Source of the DNA: Clostridia bacterium
GTDB taxonomy: Bacteria > Bacillota > Clostridia > Oscillospirales > CAG-272
NCBI GenBank assembly: GCA_017416205.1
Contig: JAFQDC010000072.1
Coordinates: 65,874-129,873 of the forward strand
Length of the DNA: 64,000 bases
Reading direction: 5' to 3'
In this document: positions 1 through 8,414 of the stretch, piece by piece
Layout: every line of letters starts with the position of its first letter
How positions within the stretch are numbered: the stretch's first letter is position 1
Position numbers and translations under genes: made by a program
Notes under the pieces: generated by a model
The model's input: only the letters and a program-made list of their open reading frames with translations
Databases searched by the model: none
What the model was told of the DNA's origin: nothing

Positions 1-1
1 T

Positions 2-427
2 CAGGGTGTCAGAAAGGATATGCCCGTCGTGACTGACAGCGGCATCGTTGGCTATATCTGCGAGGTGGGAACCACCTGGTCAAAGGCGGTCACCATCCTT
101 GAGGCGGGAGGCGCTGTTGGCGCATACGTGGAAAGAAGCGGAGAGCAGGGCGTTATCGAGGGCAATTTTGAGCTTTCCGAAAAGGGTGTATGCAAAATGT
201 CATACCTTTCGGCAGATGCTGATATTCAGGTAGGTGACAGAATAGTCTCCTCGGGATACGGAAGCGTTTATCCGAGAGGACTTGTTATCGGTACGGTGGA
301 GTCTGTTGAAAAGGATAGTGTAAGCCGTTCACTTTTAGTAACGGTCAGACCTACAGCAGACCTTTCAGAAATTGAAAAGCTTATGATCATTACTGAATAT
401 GAAACCTACACAGAACAGTCAGAATGA
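2..427 (+). CDS. mreC: rod shape-determining protein MreC, C-terminal part (5' end outside window)
   Basis: The frame is open from the window edge. VTDSGIVGYICEV...GVIEGN...VGDRIVSSGYGSVYPRGLVIGTV matches the conserved MreC C-terminal region. An mreD-like gene and PBP2 follow. Confidence 0.8.
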   Translation, partial: QGVRKDMPVVTDSGIVGYICEVGTTWSKAVTILEAGGAVGAYVERSGEQGVIEGNFELSEKGVCKMSYLSADADIQVGDRIVSSGYGSVYPRGLVIGTVESVEKDSVSRSLLVTVRPTADLSEIEKLMIITEYETYTEQSE

Positions 428-1319
428 AAAAAAGAAGGGCGCGCCTAAAAGAAAGAGTGAGTGGCAGATACCCGAGAGAACTCAGGTGATAATAACTCCC
501 GGTGCTGCAAAAAGCATTGAGGAAGCACAAAGCAAGGGCGTTGCTCCAAAAATAAAAAGTGACAGGCCCCCCGTCAAAGTCCCGCCGAAGGCGCCTGTAA
601 CTAATAATAAGAATGCAGAGATCATAAAGCAGAGCGAGGGCGGCAGTGTCCCGCCTGCAAGGCCAAGGAATACAGGAGCAACTCCTCAAAAAAAGGAGCA
701 GACAGCTCCTCCGACTCTTAAGGAGGCTGTAATTGCTGAGCTTAAGGACAGGATAAGGACTTTAAGATTAAGCATTCAGGTCAATTCCGAGGATATAATA
801 AAGGGCGTGATCTGCGCGTCACTGCTTATTACCTTTGCCCTTTTGCAAACAACGTTTTTCCACCGCTTTGACCCCTTTGGCAAGGTACCGGACCTGATGC
901 TTGTCTTTGTGCTTGCCGTGGGTGTTTATGAGGGGGAGAAATGGGGTATCATCGCAGGCCTCAGCTCCGCCTTTATTATACAGGCCCTTGGAGGCAGCGG
1001 AATGGGTCCTGATCTTATGCCTATTCTTTATATGCCCGCAGGATGTATGGCGGGACTTTTATCAAAATATTATCTGAGACACACCTTCCCTGTAAATGCT
1101 GCGTATATCTTAATCGTAACGTTTATAAAAGAGATATTTACAGTCATCTCGGCCGTAATGTGTCTTAATGCGACCCTTGGGGATATTATATTGAAGATAG
1201 CACTGCCTGAGTATTTTTCAACGGTGCTTGTTTCTCCCATACCGTTCTTGACGGTATGGCTCGTGTTCAAGAAATTCCATAAGACCCGCGCTCAGAGAAC
1301 GGATGCTGCAGGGGAATAA
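399..1319 (+). CDS. mreD: MreD-like membrane protein with a ~135-aa Lys/Pro-rich N-terminal extension
   Basis: The C-terminal ~170 aa are polytopic (LLITFALLQTTFF...VPDLMLVFVLAVG...GIIAGLSSAFIIQAL) and sit in the mreD position between mreC and PBP2. The start overlaps the mreC end by 29 nt. The frame stays open across the low-complexity N-terminus, though an internal start cannot be excluded. Confidence 0.55.
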   Translation: MKPTQNSQNEKKKGAPKRKSEWQIPERTQVIITPGAAKSIEEAQSKGVAPKIKSDRPPVKVPPKAPVTNNKNAEIIKQSEGGSVPPARPRNTGATPQKKEQTAPPTLKEAVIAELKDRIRTLRLSIQVNSEDIIKGVICASLLITFALLQTTFFHRFDPFGKVPDLMLVFVLAVGVYEGEKWGIIAGLSSAFIIQALGGSGMGPDLMPILYMPAGCMAGLLSKYYLRHTFPVNAAYILIVTFIKEIFTVISAVMCLNATLGDIILKIALPEYFSTVLVSPIPFLTVWLVFKKFHKTRAQRTDAAGE

Positions 1320-1340
1320 AAATTTAAAGGAGGTTACGGT

Positions 1341-3503
1341 ATGAAGCGAAAAAGAGAGCATTACTATCGCTATATTCTCATAGGCTTGTTTTATATTGTA
1401 GTCTGCCTTATTTTTATTGCCCGACTTATCAATATCCAGATCGCGGGACAGGACTATTATCAGGAGTCCTACAGTGACGGATATTATCGCCGTACTGCCA
1501 CCATACAGGCTCAGCGCGGCGAGATATATGACAGGAACGGAAATCTTCTGGTGTCAAATGAGTATACCTACAGCCTTTATCTTGAATCGGGAAGCTTTCC
1601 GTATGATAATGACGACAAAAACAAGCTCATCCTTGACCTTTTGTCTCTCGCTAAAGAATTCGGAGAATACGACGGATTTGAACGCCCTGATGATCCCTTT
1701 ACAAGAAAGGACGGAGCAACTGCCCTTGATGAGGACTTTATGAAAAAGACCTACGGCAAGAGGCTGACAAAGCTCCTTTTGGAGCTTGGCTTTGAGCAGG
1801 ACAGTGAGGAGGAGGGTGGCTGGGAAAAAGCTGATAAAGATGAGATGTATGACACTCTTCTCAGCCGATACGGCCTTTGCGATGAGGACGGAGCACCAAA
1901 ATATTCAAATAGTGATACTGAGCTTCTTTTCAGAATCCGCCTTGATATGGAGCTTTCCTATTTTTCTCCCGTAGAGCCCTATACGCTTATTCGTGACGTT
2001 GACGTCAAGTTTATCCAGGCGGCAAAGGAAGGCCACGTGCGGGGTATTGCTGTCAGCTGTGACGCTGTCCGCGTGTATAATTATCCCGGATATGCCTCCC
2101 ATATGCTTGGCAGAACAGGTAAGATAATGGCGGAAAACGCCCAGTATTATACAGATAAGGGATATAAGCTCAACGCTATAGTAGGCACCAGCGGCGCCGA
2201 GGCGGCATTTGAGGATTACCTCCACGGTGAGGACGGAACTCTTACCATTGTTGAGGATGAATACGGAAACGTTGTTGATACCTATGTGTCAAAGGAGCCA
2301 AAGCCCGGTCAGGACGTTTATCTGACTATAGATATCGAGCTTCAGATGGATGCGGAGGACGCCCTCAAATCAAATATCGAGCTTATCGTTGCAAACGGTC
2401 TTGCAGATGATCGGGAGCTTTCCGGTGAGGATGCCAATGCGGGAGCTCTTTCAGCTATAGAAAAGAAAACGGGCGCAGTCCTTGCTCTGGCGTCATACCC
2501 CACGTATGACCTTTCAACCTTTAATGAGGATTATGCTTCTCTTCGCGAGAATGAAGATTCTCCTCTTTTCTTCCGTGCCCTTGAGGGTACCTACGCTCCC
2601 GGTTCCACCTTTAAGCCCGGAGTTGCAGTTGCGGCACTTCAGGAGGGGATAATATCTCCTTATTCAGAGATCGTGACAGAAGGTCAATATAAGTTTTATG
2701 ATGACTTTCAGCCTTCTTGCTGGATATATGCTCCCAGATACGGCTATGGACGCCACGGCTCAATAAACGTGTCTGAGGCAATACAGGTATCCTGTAACTA
2801 CTTTTTTTATGATATCGGCAGACGCTTGACTATAACAAACATAACCAAATACAGCAAAGGATTTGGCCTCGGTGAGCCTACGGGAATAGAGCTTCCCGAA
2901 AAGACGGGTATCCTTGCGGGCCCTGCAGAGAGAGAGGCAAGCGGAGACACGTGGTTTGACGGCGATACCCTTGCCGCGGCCATCGGTCAGTCCGACCACC
3001 TTTTCAATCCTTTGCAGATCAGCGTTTACGTTGCAACTCTGCTTAACGGAGGAACCAGATATTCCGCTCATCTTCTTCACGAGGTGAGAGAGTACGACGG
3101 TACCGTTGTTTATACGAGAGAGCCTGAGGTCATAGCGTCCATAGCTCTGGATGCGAACGCTGTTTCCACGGTAAAGTACGCAATGAAGGACGTTACGGAG
3201 AACGGAAGCGCGGCGCGAGTATTTGTAAATTACCCCATAGTGATCGGCGGTAAAACGGGTACTGCGCAGGTAACGAAGACCTCCTCGGATAACGCTCTTT
3301 TCACGGCCTTTGCCCCCTTTGACGATCCTGAGATAGTAACAACGTGCATCATTGAGCACGGCGCAAACGGTACGGACGCAGGCTTTGCTATTCGCGACGT
3401 ATTTGACAGCTATTTCGGCCTCAATGAGGAAGAGGATGACGGGGGCGATACCTCAGACGACGAAAATACTACAGACGAAGATAACACAAATGAAGATAAC
3501 TGA
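1341..3503 (+). CDS. mrdA: penicillin-binding protein 2 (class B transpeptidase)
   Basis: It has an N-terminal TM anchor and the SxxK (STFK), SxN (SCN) and KTG (KTGTA) motifs in order. The RBS aaaggagg sits 7 nt upstream of the ATG. The C-terminal tail is acidic (D/E/N/T-rich). Confidence 0.85.
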   Translation: MKRKREHYYRYILIGLFYIVVCLIFIARLINIQIAGQDYYQESYSDGYYRRTATIQAQRGEIYDRNGNLLVSNEYTYSLYLESGSFPYDNDDKNKLILDLLSLAKEFGEYDGFERPDDPFTRKDGATALDEDFMKKTYGKRLTKLLLELGFEQDSEEEGGWEKADKDEMYDTLLSRYGLCDEDGAPKYSNSDTELLFRIRLDMELSYFSPVEPYTLIRDVDVKFIQAAKEGHVRGIAVSCDAVRVYNYPGYASHMLGRTGKIMAENAQYYTDKGYKLNAIVGTSGAEAAFEDYLHGEDGTLTIVEDEYGNVVDTYVSKEPKPGQDVYLTIDIELQMDAEDALKSNIELIVANGLADDRELSGEDANAGALSAIEKKTGAVLALASYPTYDLSTFNEDYASLRENEDSPLFFRALEGTYAPGSTFKPGVAVAALQEGIISPYSEIVTEGQYKFYDDFQPSCWIYAPRYGYGRHGSINVSEAIQVSCNYFFYDIGRRLTITNITKYSKGFGLGEPTGIELPEKTGILAGPAEREASGDTWFDGDTLAAAIGQSDHLFNPLQISVYVATLLNGGTRYSAHLLHEVREYDGTVVYTREPEVIASIALDANAVSTVKYAMKDVTENGSAARVFVNYPIVIGGKTGTAQVTKTSSDNALFTAFAPFDDPEIVTTCIIEHGANGTDAGFAIRDVFDSYFGLNEEEDDGGDTSDDENTTDEDNTNEDN

Positions 3504-4170
3504 TAAAAAAAGAGCCCTTGTTGCAGTGGAGGAGCTTAAAAAGCTTTATCCCGATGCACAGTGCTCTCTTGAAAGCGGCGGAGACCCGTGGCGCCTTCTC
3601 GTTATGGCAAGGCTGTCAGCTCAGTGCACCGACGAGAGAGTAAACATAGTCTGTCGGGACCTTTTCAGAGAGCTGCCAACGGCAAACGCTATGGCAGCAG
3701 CTCCCGTAGAGCAGATAGAGGGACTTATAAAGTCCTGCGGCCTTTACAGAGGAAAGGCAAAAAGCATAAAGGAGTTTTCCGAGATACTTGTGAGAGACCA
3801 CGACGGGTGCGTTCCCGATACTATGGAAGAGCTTCTCGCCCTTCCCGGAGTTGGGCGAAAGATCGCAAATCTCATTCTTGGAGACGTATTTAAAAAGGGC
3901 GGCATCGTTGCGGATACTCACTGTATGCGCATTTGCGGTCGCCTTGGGTTTTATCCCGAGGGGCAGAAGGACCCGCTAAAAACAGAAAGAATTATGACAC
4001 CTATTATTCCAAAAGAGGAGCAGAGCGATTTTTGCCATCGCATCGTGCATTTCGGTCGTGATGTTTGCACGGCACGAAGCCCGAAGTGCGGCGAATGCCC
4101 CCTCTCAGAGGTGTGTTTACATAATAATAAAAGTCAAAAATCAGGTAAAACCTCCCTTGCGTCATCCTGA
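3490..4170 (+). CDS. nth: endonuclease III
   Basis: It carries the helix-hairpin-helix LPGVGRKIANLILG and the C-terminal Fe-S ligands CTARSPKCGECPLSEVC. The start was trimmed to ATG 3490 (MKITDKKRAL) because the upstream part of listed ORF 3352 overlaps the PBP2 frame. The stop codon lies inside repeat element A. Confidence 0.9.
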   Translation: MKITDKKRALVAVEELKKLYPDAQCSLESGGDPWRLLVMARLSAQCTDERVNIVCRDLFRELPTANAMAAAPVEQIEGLIKSCGLYRGKAKSIKEFSEILVRDHDGCVPDTMEELLALPGVGRKIANLILGDVFKKGGIVADTHCMRICGRLGFYPEGQKDPLKTERIMTPIIPKEEQSDFCHRIVHFGRDVCTARSPKCGECPLSEVCLHNNKSQKSGKTSLASS

Positions 4171-4252
4171 GCGAAGGTGGCCAATAGCCACCGAAGTCGA
4201 AGTTTTGCTTTAGCAAAACCAACGGTGCATAGCATCGTTGGGATCTCGCAAC
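4161..4252 (+). repeat. REP-like palindromic element, copy A (box1 GTCATCCTGAGCG, box2 GAAGTCGAA, box3 GGATCTCGCAAC)
   Basis: Three conserved boxes are separated by hairpins: GGTGGCcaataGCCACC, GTTTTGCtttaGCAAAAC and CAACGgtgcatagcatCGTTG. Copies B, C and D share the same box order. Confidence 0.8.
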
Positions 4253-4268
4253 AAGGATACTAAAAACC

Positions 4269-4559
4269 ATGTACTTTATTTATATTCTGACTAATGTATC
4301 AAACAAGGTCATGTATGTAGGCGTGACAAACGATTTGAGAAGACGTATTACTGAACATAAACAAGGCTTGTGTGCTGATAATAGCTTTACAAAAAGATAT
4401 AGAGTGACAAAGCTTGTATATTTTGAATCTTTCCCCGATCCGCAAACTGCCATTAGGAGAGAAAAACAGTTGAAGCATTGGGCGAGAGAAAAGAAAGATA
4501 ACTTGGTTTCCGATTTTAACAGCAATTGGGAAGATTTGTTTAATAAATTGCCCCTTTAA
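4269..4559 (+). CDS. small GIY-YIG nuclease family protein (96 aa)
   Basis: The N-terminus MYFIYILTN...MYVGVTNDLRRRITEHKQG carries the GIY...YVG motif and the Arg/Glu core of the GIY-YIG (URI) domain. The size is typical of the stand-alone UPF0213-type family. Confidence 0.85.
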   Translation: MYFIYILTNVSNKVMYVGVTNDLRRRITEHKQGLCADNSFTKRYRVTKLVYFESFPDPQTAIRREKQLKHWAREKKDNLVSDFNSNWEDLFNKLPL

Positions 4560-4562
4560 TCT

Positions 4563-4655
4563 GTCGCGAGATCCAAATGCTTGGCATTTGCCCTACGGGT
4601 TTCGACTCCGGTATCTCGCAAGGCGAGCCACCCCGCTCAAGATGACGCGAGGTGG
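4563..4655 (-). repeat. REP-like palindromic element, copy B (inverted relative to A)
   Basis: The reverse complement reads GTCATCTTGAGCGG...GGAGTCGAA...GGATCTCGCGAC. Copy B differs from copy D at 2 of 93 positions. Confidence 0.85.
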
Positions 4656-4683
4656 AGTAATTTTCCTACAAAATCAAACAAAT

Positions 4684-4745
4684 AAAAGGCTTTCGCAAGC
4701 AAGTGCGATGGGCTTTTCCTTTAGGCATCAAATCTTGGTTTGATG
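4684..4745 (+). repeat. terminator-like repeat module, copy 1 (second copy at 15654-15715)
   Basis: AAAAGGCTTTCGCAAGCAAGTGCGATGGGCTTTTCCTTTAGGCATCAAATCTTGGTTTGATGG aligns with AAAAAGCCTATCGCAAGCAGATGCGATGGGCTTTTTGCTATAATCATCAAATTTTGGTTTATATG at 15654. Confidence 0.7.
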
Positions 4746-4781
4746 GTGAGAATTGTAAATTGCGGCAGTACTCCCCCCGCT

Positions 4782-4872
4782 GTCATCCTGAGCGTAGCAA
4801 ACGCCACAGTGCGGCGTTTGCGAAGTCGAACCATCCCATAGGATGGTGCCCCGAAGGGGCAGGATCTAGCGG
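4782..4872 (+). repeat. REP-like palindromic element, copy C
   Basis: The order is GTCATCCTGAGCG, hairpin GCAAACGCCacagtgcGGCGTTTGC, GAAGTCGAA, hairpins CCATCCcataGGATGG and TGCCCCgaaGGGGCA, then GGATCTAGCGG. Confidence 0.8.
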
Positions 4873-4900
4873 TAGTAATATTTAGGATTTTAGTTGTTCA

Positions 4901-4993
4901 GTCGCGAGATCCAAATGCTTGGCATTTGCCCTACGGGTTTCGACTCCGGTATCTCGCAGGGCGAGCCACCTCCGCTCAAGATGACGCGAGGTG
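4901..4993 (-). repeat. REP-like palindromic element, copy D (inverted relative to C)
   Basis: It is near-identical to copy B (2 mismatches in 93 nt). It sits 28 nt from the inward-facing end of copy C. Confidence 0.85.
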
Positions 4994-5052
4994 GGGATGG
5001 GCTTCAGCATAAGAATGATATATAAAGGAAAGAGATAAGAAAGGATTATAAA

Positions 5053-6093
5053 ATGAAAAAAGAACAAAATTGCCGCCTTGGTAAGGTTGGCGGACAGGCG
5101 GTCCTTGAGGGCGTAATGATGAAGAGCGGAGATGACGTTGCTCTCGCAGTGCGTAAGGAGGACGGCACAATAGAGGTAAAAAGATCAAAGCACGTTTCCA
5201 TAAGAAAAAAGCATAAGATATTGAATATTCCCCTTATTCGCGGATGCGTAAATATGGTGGAAACACTTATTATGTCCATGGGAACTCTTGAGGATTCCGC
5301 CAATATGATCGGCCTTGACGAGACCGAGGACGAGACTAAGTTTGAAAAGTGGCTCCGTAAAAAGTTCGGCGATAAGCTTATGAACGTTATTATGGGCATC
5401 GGTATGGTGCTTGGCGTAATAATGTCTGTGGGACTTTTCGTTATCCTTCCCAATCTTGTAACAATGGGACTTAATGCCCTTTGCAAGCATTTCTGGGACT
5501 TTACTCTTCCCAGCTTTGCACAGAATGCCATCTCCGGAGTTATGCGTATTGCCATCTTCGTTGCTTATATCCTTCTCGTTTCTCTTATGAAGGATATCCG
5601 CCGCACCTTTGAGTATCACGGAGCTGAGCATAAATCCATTGCCTGCTATGAGGCAGGTGAGGAGCTCACCCCTGAAAACGCAATGAAATATTCCCGTCTC
5701 CATCCCCGTTGCGGCACAAGCTTTATTATAGTTATTCTTATAATCTCAATTCTTGTAACGGCTTTCATCAACTGGAACACTTGGCCGAAGATCGCTATAA
5801 TGCTTACGAAGATCGCAATGATCCCCGTTATCGTGGGTATCGGCTTTGAGTTCCTTATGTGGGCGGGAAAGCATCCCAACTGGCTCACCCGTATTCTTTC
5901 CGCACCCGGCCTCTGGATGCAGAAGGCTACCACAAAGGAGCCTGACCGAGATCAGCTTGAAGTAGCTATTGCCGCCCTCAAGAACGCAATGCCTGCGGAA
6001 TTCCCCGAGGTCCTTGAAGAAGAAAAGTGCGAGGAAGACGGCGAAGCAGAAGCAGAAGTAGAAGAAAACGAAGAAAACAGTGACGTTCAGTGA
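5053..6093 (+). CDS. DUF1385 family membrane-associated protein
   Basis: The N-terminus GKVGGQAVLEGVMMKS and the motif EYHGAEHK with C-terminal TM helices are characteristic of DUF1385. The gene sits immediately upstream of prmC, as in many Firmicutes. Confidence 0.8.
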   Translation: MKKEQNCRLGKVGGQAVLEGVMMKSGDDVALAVRKEDGTIEVKRSKHVSIRKKHKILNIPLIRGCVNMVETLIMSMGTLEDSANMIGLDETEDETKFEKWLRKKFGDKLMNVIMGIGMVLGVIMSVGLFVILPNLVTMGLNALCKHFWDFTLPSFAQNAISGVMRIAIFVAYILLVSLMKDIRRTFEYHGAEHKSIACYEAGEELTPENAMKYSRLHPRCGTSFIIVILIISILVTAFINWNTWPKIAIMLTKIAMIPVIVGIGFEFLMWAGKHPNWLTRILSAPGLWMQKATTKEPDRDQLEVAIAALKNAMPAEFPEVLEEEKCEEDGEAEAEVEENEENSDVQ

Positions 6094-6895
6094 GATCTGT
6101 GATAAGCTCGCCTGTGGGGGAGTTGAAAGCCCTGCATTTGAAGCGGCAGAGCTTATCTGTCATTTTGAAAGAGTGAGCCGAGCGCTTGTAAGATTCGGCG
6201 ATTATTCCTCCGCAGAGCTCATTTCGGCTGTGGAAAGACGCACTCAGGGAGAACCGCTGCAGTATATAATCGGCGAGTGGGACTTTTTCGGGTATACCTT
6301 CAAGGTTTCCCCCGCCTGCCTTATTCCCCGCGCGGATACGGAGCTTCTTTGCGAGTATATTTGTAAAAATGCTCCTGTGGGCGGAGTATTTGCAGACCTT
6401 TGCACGGGAAGCGGTTGTATTGCAATTGCAGCTCTCAAGGAGCGCCCCGACCTTCGGGCAGTAGCAGTTGAGCTTTATCCCGAGACCTTGGAGCTTGCCC
6501 GTGAAAACGCGCACCTTCTCGGAGTGTCCGACAGGATAGAGTTTGTCCTCGGGGATGCGACGGAGGATATCCTTTCGGGAGAATTTGATATGATAGTATC
6601 AAATCCCCCTTACGTTACGGCAGAAGAAATGCAGGATATCACAAGAGAGGTAGAAAAGGAGCCCCGCCACGCTCTGACTGACGGCGGCGACGGCCTTTCG
6701 ATAATAAGAAAAATAATCGAGCATTCTCCCGCCCACCTGAAGGACGGTGGTGCTCTTGCCATTGAATTCGGCTGGAAGCAGGGAAATGCTATGAGAGAGA
6801 TCGCCAATGAAAACGGTCTTTTCTGCAATATCCTTCGTGATATTGAGGGAAGGGACAGAGTGGCGGTCATTAAAAAGACAGAGGAAAAATTATGA
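6080..6895 (+). CDS. prmC: peptide chain release factor N5-glutamine methyltransferase
   Basis: It has the SAM-binding DLCTGSGCIA motif and the catalytic NPPY (VSNPPYV). It uses a GTG start that overlaps the upstream gene end. Confidence 0.85.
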   Translation: MTFSEICDKLACGGVESPAFEAAELICHFERVSRALVRFGDYSSAELISAVERRTQGEPLQYIIGEWDFFGYTFKVSPACLIPRADTELLCEYICKNAPVGGVFADLCTGSGCIAIAALKERPDLRAVAVELYPETLELARENAHLLGVSDRIEFVLGDATEDILSGEFDMIVSNPPYVTAEEMQDITREVEKEPRHALTDGGDGLSIIRKIIEHSPAHLKDGGALAIEFGWKQGNAMREIANENGLFCNILRDIEGRDRVAVIKKTEEKL

Positions 6896-8406
6896 GACAT
6901 ATAGAAATACTTGATACCACCCTCCGCGACGGTGAGCAGACCCCCGGAGTAAGGTTCAGCCTGTCCCATAAGATCGAAATAGCAAAGCAGCTTGACCGCC
7001 TTGGTGTCGACTGCATCGAGGCGGGCTTTCCCGCATCCTCAAATGGGGATTTCGATGCGGTGGCTGCAATCAGCCGTGAGGTGGGATGCGCGGTACAGGC
7101 CCTTGCGAGAGCTACGAAAAACGATATAGACTGCGCCGCTGAAGCCTTGAAGGAAGCAAAGCATCCCATAATCCACGTTTTTATTGCAACAAGCGATCTT
7201 CATCTTGAGTATAAGCTGAAGATGACGAGAGAAGAGGCCCTTGACCATATTTCAGAGTCTGTGGCATATGCAAAGAGCCGCTGCGAGAGAGTGCAGTTTT
7301 CTCCCGAGGATGCAACGAGATCAGACAGAGAGTTTCTGGCAAAGGCAGTAAAGCGAGCTGTGGATGCGGGAGCTGATATAATCAATATCCCCGACACCGT
7401 GGGATATACCGTACCCTCGGAATACGCAGATCTTGTTCGCTATCTTTTGGATAACGTGGAGGGACTTTCAGATAAGGTCCTCTGCGTTCACTGCCATAAC
7501 GATCTTGGTCTTGCCGTTGCAAACAGCCTTTGCGCTGTAGCTGCGGGAGCTACCCGTATCGAGTGCACTGTGAACGGACTTGGAGAGAGAGCGGGAAATG
7601 CTTCTCTTGAGGAGATAGTTATGGCCCTGAGAGTCCGCCGTGATATTACGGGGGCGGATACGGCCATTAACACAAAGGAGATACTCAGAACAAGCCGTAT
7701 GGTATCATCCCTTTCCGGTGTTGATATTGCTCTTAACAAGCCCGTGGTAGGCAGTAATGCCTTTTCACATGAGTCGGGCATTCATCAGCACGGCATTATG
7801 GAAAACCGCCGCACCTATGAGATAATGGACCCTGAGGAGATAGGTCTTGATAAGAGCACTCTTGTTCTCGGCAAGCTCAGCGGACGCCATGCATACAGCG
7901 AGCGTATAGAAAAGCTGGGCTATAGCCTTGACGGCGCGGGAATAGATGCAACCTTTAACCGCTTCAAGGAGATAGCATCAAAGAAGGTTGCGGTAACGGA
8001 CAGCGATATAAGAGCAATAGTAAACGAGTATCTTGACGGACTTGAGGGTAAATACTGGATAGAGACCTTCCAGATACAGTCTGGAAATCATATGAAGGCA
8101 ATGGCGCTGGTGTCCCTTAAGGACAGAGTGACAGACAGGGTATTTACCGAGTCTGCTCCCGGAGAGGGCCCTATCGATGCCGCCTTCAATACCATAAACA
8201 GAATAGCAAACGCAGAAAGCGTAGTGCTTGAATCCTATGATCTGAAGGCCGTCACCGAGGGTGCCGACGCTCTCGGAGAGGTAAAGGTGAAGATCACCTC
8301 AAATAACGGCTCCTTTACGGGCCGCGGTGTTTCCACCGACGTTATCAAGGCAAGTATAAAGGCATACGTCAACGCCATTAATAAGTGGACGAGGGCGAAG
8401 GGTTAA
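6892..8406 (+). CDS. leuA: 2-isopropylmalate synthase
   Basis: It has ILDTTLRDGEQ, the HCHNDLGLAVANS metal site and a C-terminal LeuA dimerisation/regulatory region. Its ATG overlaps the prmC stop (ATGA). Confidence 0.85.
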   Translation: MRHIEILDTTLRDGEQTPGVRFSLSHKIEIAKQLDRLGVDCIEAGFPASSNGDFDAVAAISREVGCAVQALARATKNDIDCAAEALKEAKHPIIHVFIATSDLHLEYKLKMTREEALDHISESVAYAKSRCERVQFSPEDATRSDREFLAKAVKRAVDAGADIINIPDTVGYTVPSEYADLVRYLLDNVEGLSDKVLCVHCHNDLGLAVANSLCAVAAGATRIECTVNGLGERAGNASLEEIVMALRVRRDITGADTAINTKEILRTSRMVSSLSGVDIALNKPVVGSNAFSHESGIHQHGIMENRRTYEIMDPEEIGLDKSTLVLGKLSGRHAYSERIEKLGYSLDGAGIDATFNRFKEIASKKVAVTDSDIRAIVNEYLDGLEGKYWIETFQIQSGNHMKAMALVSLKDRVTDRVFTESAPGEGPIDAAFNTINRIANAESVVLESYDLKAVTEGADALGEVKVKITSNNGSFTGRGVSTDVIKASIKAYVNAINKWTRAKG

Positions 8407-8414
8407 ATATACAT

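Noticed and set aside
3352-3489. N-terminal extensions offered by the ORF track (nth 3352, cimA 8385, ispH 18100, tgt 22994, nhaC-type 39601, mtnN 40621, InlB-repeat lipoprotein 62140, ApbE-like 31425, OppF-like 54818)
   Set aside because: The extended parts overlap the preceding gene or a riboswitch/leader and lack family similarity. In each case an internal ATG with a Shine-Dalgarno sequence matches the conserved protein N-terminus.
4703-5067. Small ORFs 4703-4885 (+) and 4882-5067 (-) in the nth-DUF1385 spacer
   Set aside because: They are read straight through the REP-like elements (for example the box1 translation ...CHPERSK...). The same applies to ORFs 36548-36745, 36631-36861 and 37567-37755 inside the mosaic repeats, and to 37656-38231 overlapping the transporter gene.
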